Source of the DNA: Lama guanicoe
Lineage: Eukaryota
Length of the DNA: 64,000 nt
Assembly: GCA_013239625.1 (NCBI GenBank)
Contig: MU054220.1
Coordinates: forward strand, 3,845,374 to 3,909,373
Direction: 5' to 3'
The notes beneath the pieces are model-generated. The model did no database searches. It worked only from the letters and a program-made list of their open reading frames with translations, and was not told where the DNA came from. The stretch's first letter is position 1. Each line of letters starts with the position of its first letter. A program made the position numbers and the translations under genes. Shown here piece after piece: positions 62,476-64,000 of this stretch.

Positions 62476-63059
62476 AAAGGTCCATCCTCTCCTTTCATAA
62501 GTAAGGACAGAAGAAGGAAAGCAAGAGAATGACAGGAACATCAAAGGTCTTAGCAACAGGAGACAAGACTCAGAGTCTACTTGTCACCCAAGCCTTTGAC
62601 TACAGCCCAGTTCTTAACTAGACCCTGTAACTTAGCCTCCCGCTGGCTGCCTCTAGGCTGACTTGAGGTTGTGTCCCTGGAATAAGTAGAGACTTTCTTT
62701 GGAGCATAGAAGGCCCAAGTGCTGGACCAGAAAACTGCCCTTGGCCAGAAAGTTTCCCTCAGAGCCTTGGGAACCCCCCCACCACCAGTTCACTGACCAC
62801 GAAGTTGCTCCTTAGAAAAGACAATCTCTGAGCTCCTCTTCCACTGACAAGGAAGATTAAATCATCATGGTGACCTGAGGACCTAAGAAACAAGCACCCC
62901 AGGGCTGCCCAGCTGTCCCTAGCCTCAGACACACCCCAGAGAGGTCTCAGGGAATCGTCCGCACTTAGCTGCCCGTGCTGGATTATAGGGGGAATGGGGA
63001 GAAAGGTAAGCACCCAGGAGAGGGCTCAGAGAGGGGCCCAGAACAAGCAGTGATAGGAA

Positions 63060-63590
63060 AGACTAAAAGATGTGGAGGAGGACAGACCAAAAAGATACAG
63101 CATTTGCACAGTTATTGTTCCTAAAAATAAAAACAGAACCAATGGAAACTACAATGAAAAATATTCAGATGTAACAGGGAAAAACTTTCCTGAAATGAAG
63201 AAATGAATGTGGAGAAACAGAATTGATTCAGGACCATCAGCATCGAGCATGATAGTCTCATGAAGCTACTGAACTTCAAGGCTAAAGAAAGAATCATACA
63301 GGCATCAAGGTAAACATCTCAAATCACATCAATGGGGGAAGTCAGGCTGGTGGCAGATGTGTCTCCAGACAGCACTGTGGGTCAGTGGGCACCTTCTACA
63401 AGTCCCGAAGAAACAAAAATTTGACCCAAGAAATTTATATCCAAATAAATTTCCTTCCAATAGAAAGGCCACAGACAGAAATTTCCAAACATCCAAGAAC
63501 CTAGGGAATGAGTCCTTCTTAGTCCTTCTTAGTCCTTCTTAAAATACCCAATCTGCTGGGCAATGAAATCTAGTCAACAAAGGGATTGAT
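63060..63590 (+). mobile_element. Decayed L1 ORF1-like (old L1M/HAL1) remnant
   Basis: Frameshifted pieces resemble L1 ORF1p: aactttcctgaaatgaag (NFPEMK), ttcaaggctaaagaaagaatcatacaggcatcaagg (FKAKERIIQASR), and FDPRNLYPNK (cf. FQPRISYPAK). Confidence 0.65.
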
Positions 63591-63603
63591 CAAAATAAAT
63601 GGC

Positions 63604-64000
63604 TCACAAGACGTGGAAACAGCGTAAATGTCCATAAGCAAATGACTGGATAAAGAAGATGTGGTTTATATGTACAGTGAAATATTACTCAGCCATAAAA
63701 AAGAATGAAATAATGCCATTTGCAGCAACATGGATGGACCTAGAGATTATCATCCTAAGTGAACTAAGTCAGATTAAGACAAATATCATTTGATGTCACT
63801 TATATATGGAATCTAAAAAAGAAAAAGATACAAACTTTATTTACAAACCAGAAATAGACTCATGGACATAAAAAACAAACTGTGGTTACCAGGGGGAAAG
63901 GTGGGGGAGGGATAAATCAGGAGTTTGGGATTAATAGATACACATTACTATATATGAAATAGACAAACAACAAGGACCTACTGTATGTAGAGCACAGGGA
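63604..64000 (+). mobile_element. Young L1 3' region running off the window end
   Basis: tactcagccataaaaaagaatgaaataatgccatttgcagcaacatggatggacctagag...ggttaccagggggaaagg...caaggacctactgta. Confidence 0.92.

Noticed and set aside
63357..63542. 61-aa ORF resembling L1 ORF1p
   Set aside because: Fragment of a frameshifted, decayed retroelement rather than an intact or domesticated gene.
1..64000. A previously undescribed multi-gene system
   Set aside because: No coding genes, RNA genes or repeat-spacer arrays are supported. The window is explained by one promoter, intron/intergenic DNA and known repeat classes.

Overview
Mammalian genomic DNA, most likely a camelid (alpaca/llama/camel). The only lineage-specific SINEs I see are four tRNA-derived copies of the Vic-1 type, and I see no Alu, B1/B2 or Bov-A/Bov-B. 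I find no credible protein-coding exon; the listed ORFs look like chance ORFs in GC-rich, repetitive or low-complexity sequence. The main landmark is a CpG island at ~23.9-25.2 kb. It holds a minus-strand, ATG-free, first-exon-like segment ending at a canonical donor (GAAG|GTAGGG, 24728/24727), a near-perfect CTCF motif and a 70-nt poly-C tract. By inference, 1-24.7 kb is intron 1 of a large minus-strand gene and 25.2-64 kb is upstream intergenic DNA. DLGAP4 is an unverified guess from memory, so no symbol is assigned. The rest is dense in ancient repeats (MIR, L2, MLT1/MaLR LTRs, MER DNA transposons, old L1) plus younger L1 3' ends and SINEs with readable target-site duplications (TSDs). I see no evidence of a new biological system. 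The best leads are an ERV1-type solo LTR with four CCAAT boxes, two octamers and a TATA-like box in the host gene's orientation, a twin-primed (5'-inverted) L1, nested insertions, candidate cryptic 5'UTR exons and several motif-based enhancer candidates. Repeat subfamily names come from recalled consensus similarity, and boundaries without TSDs are approximate.
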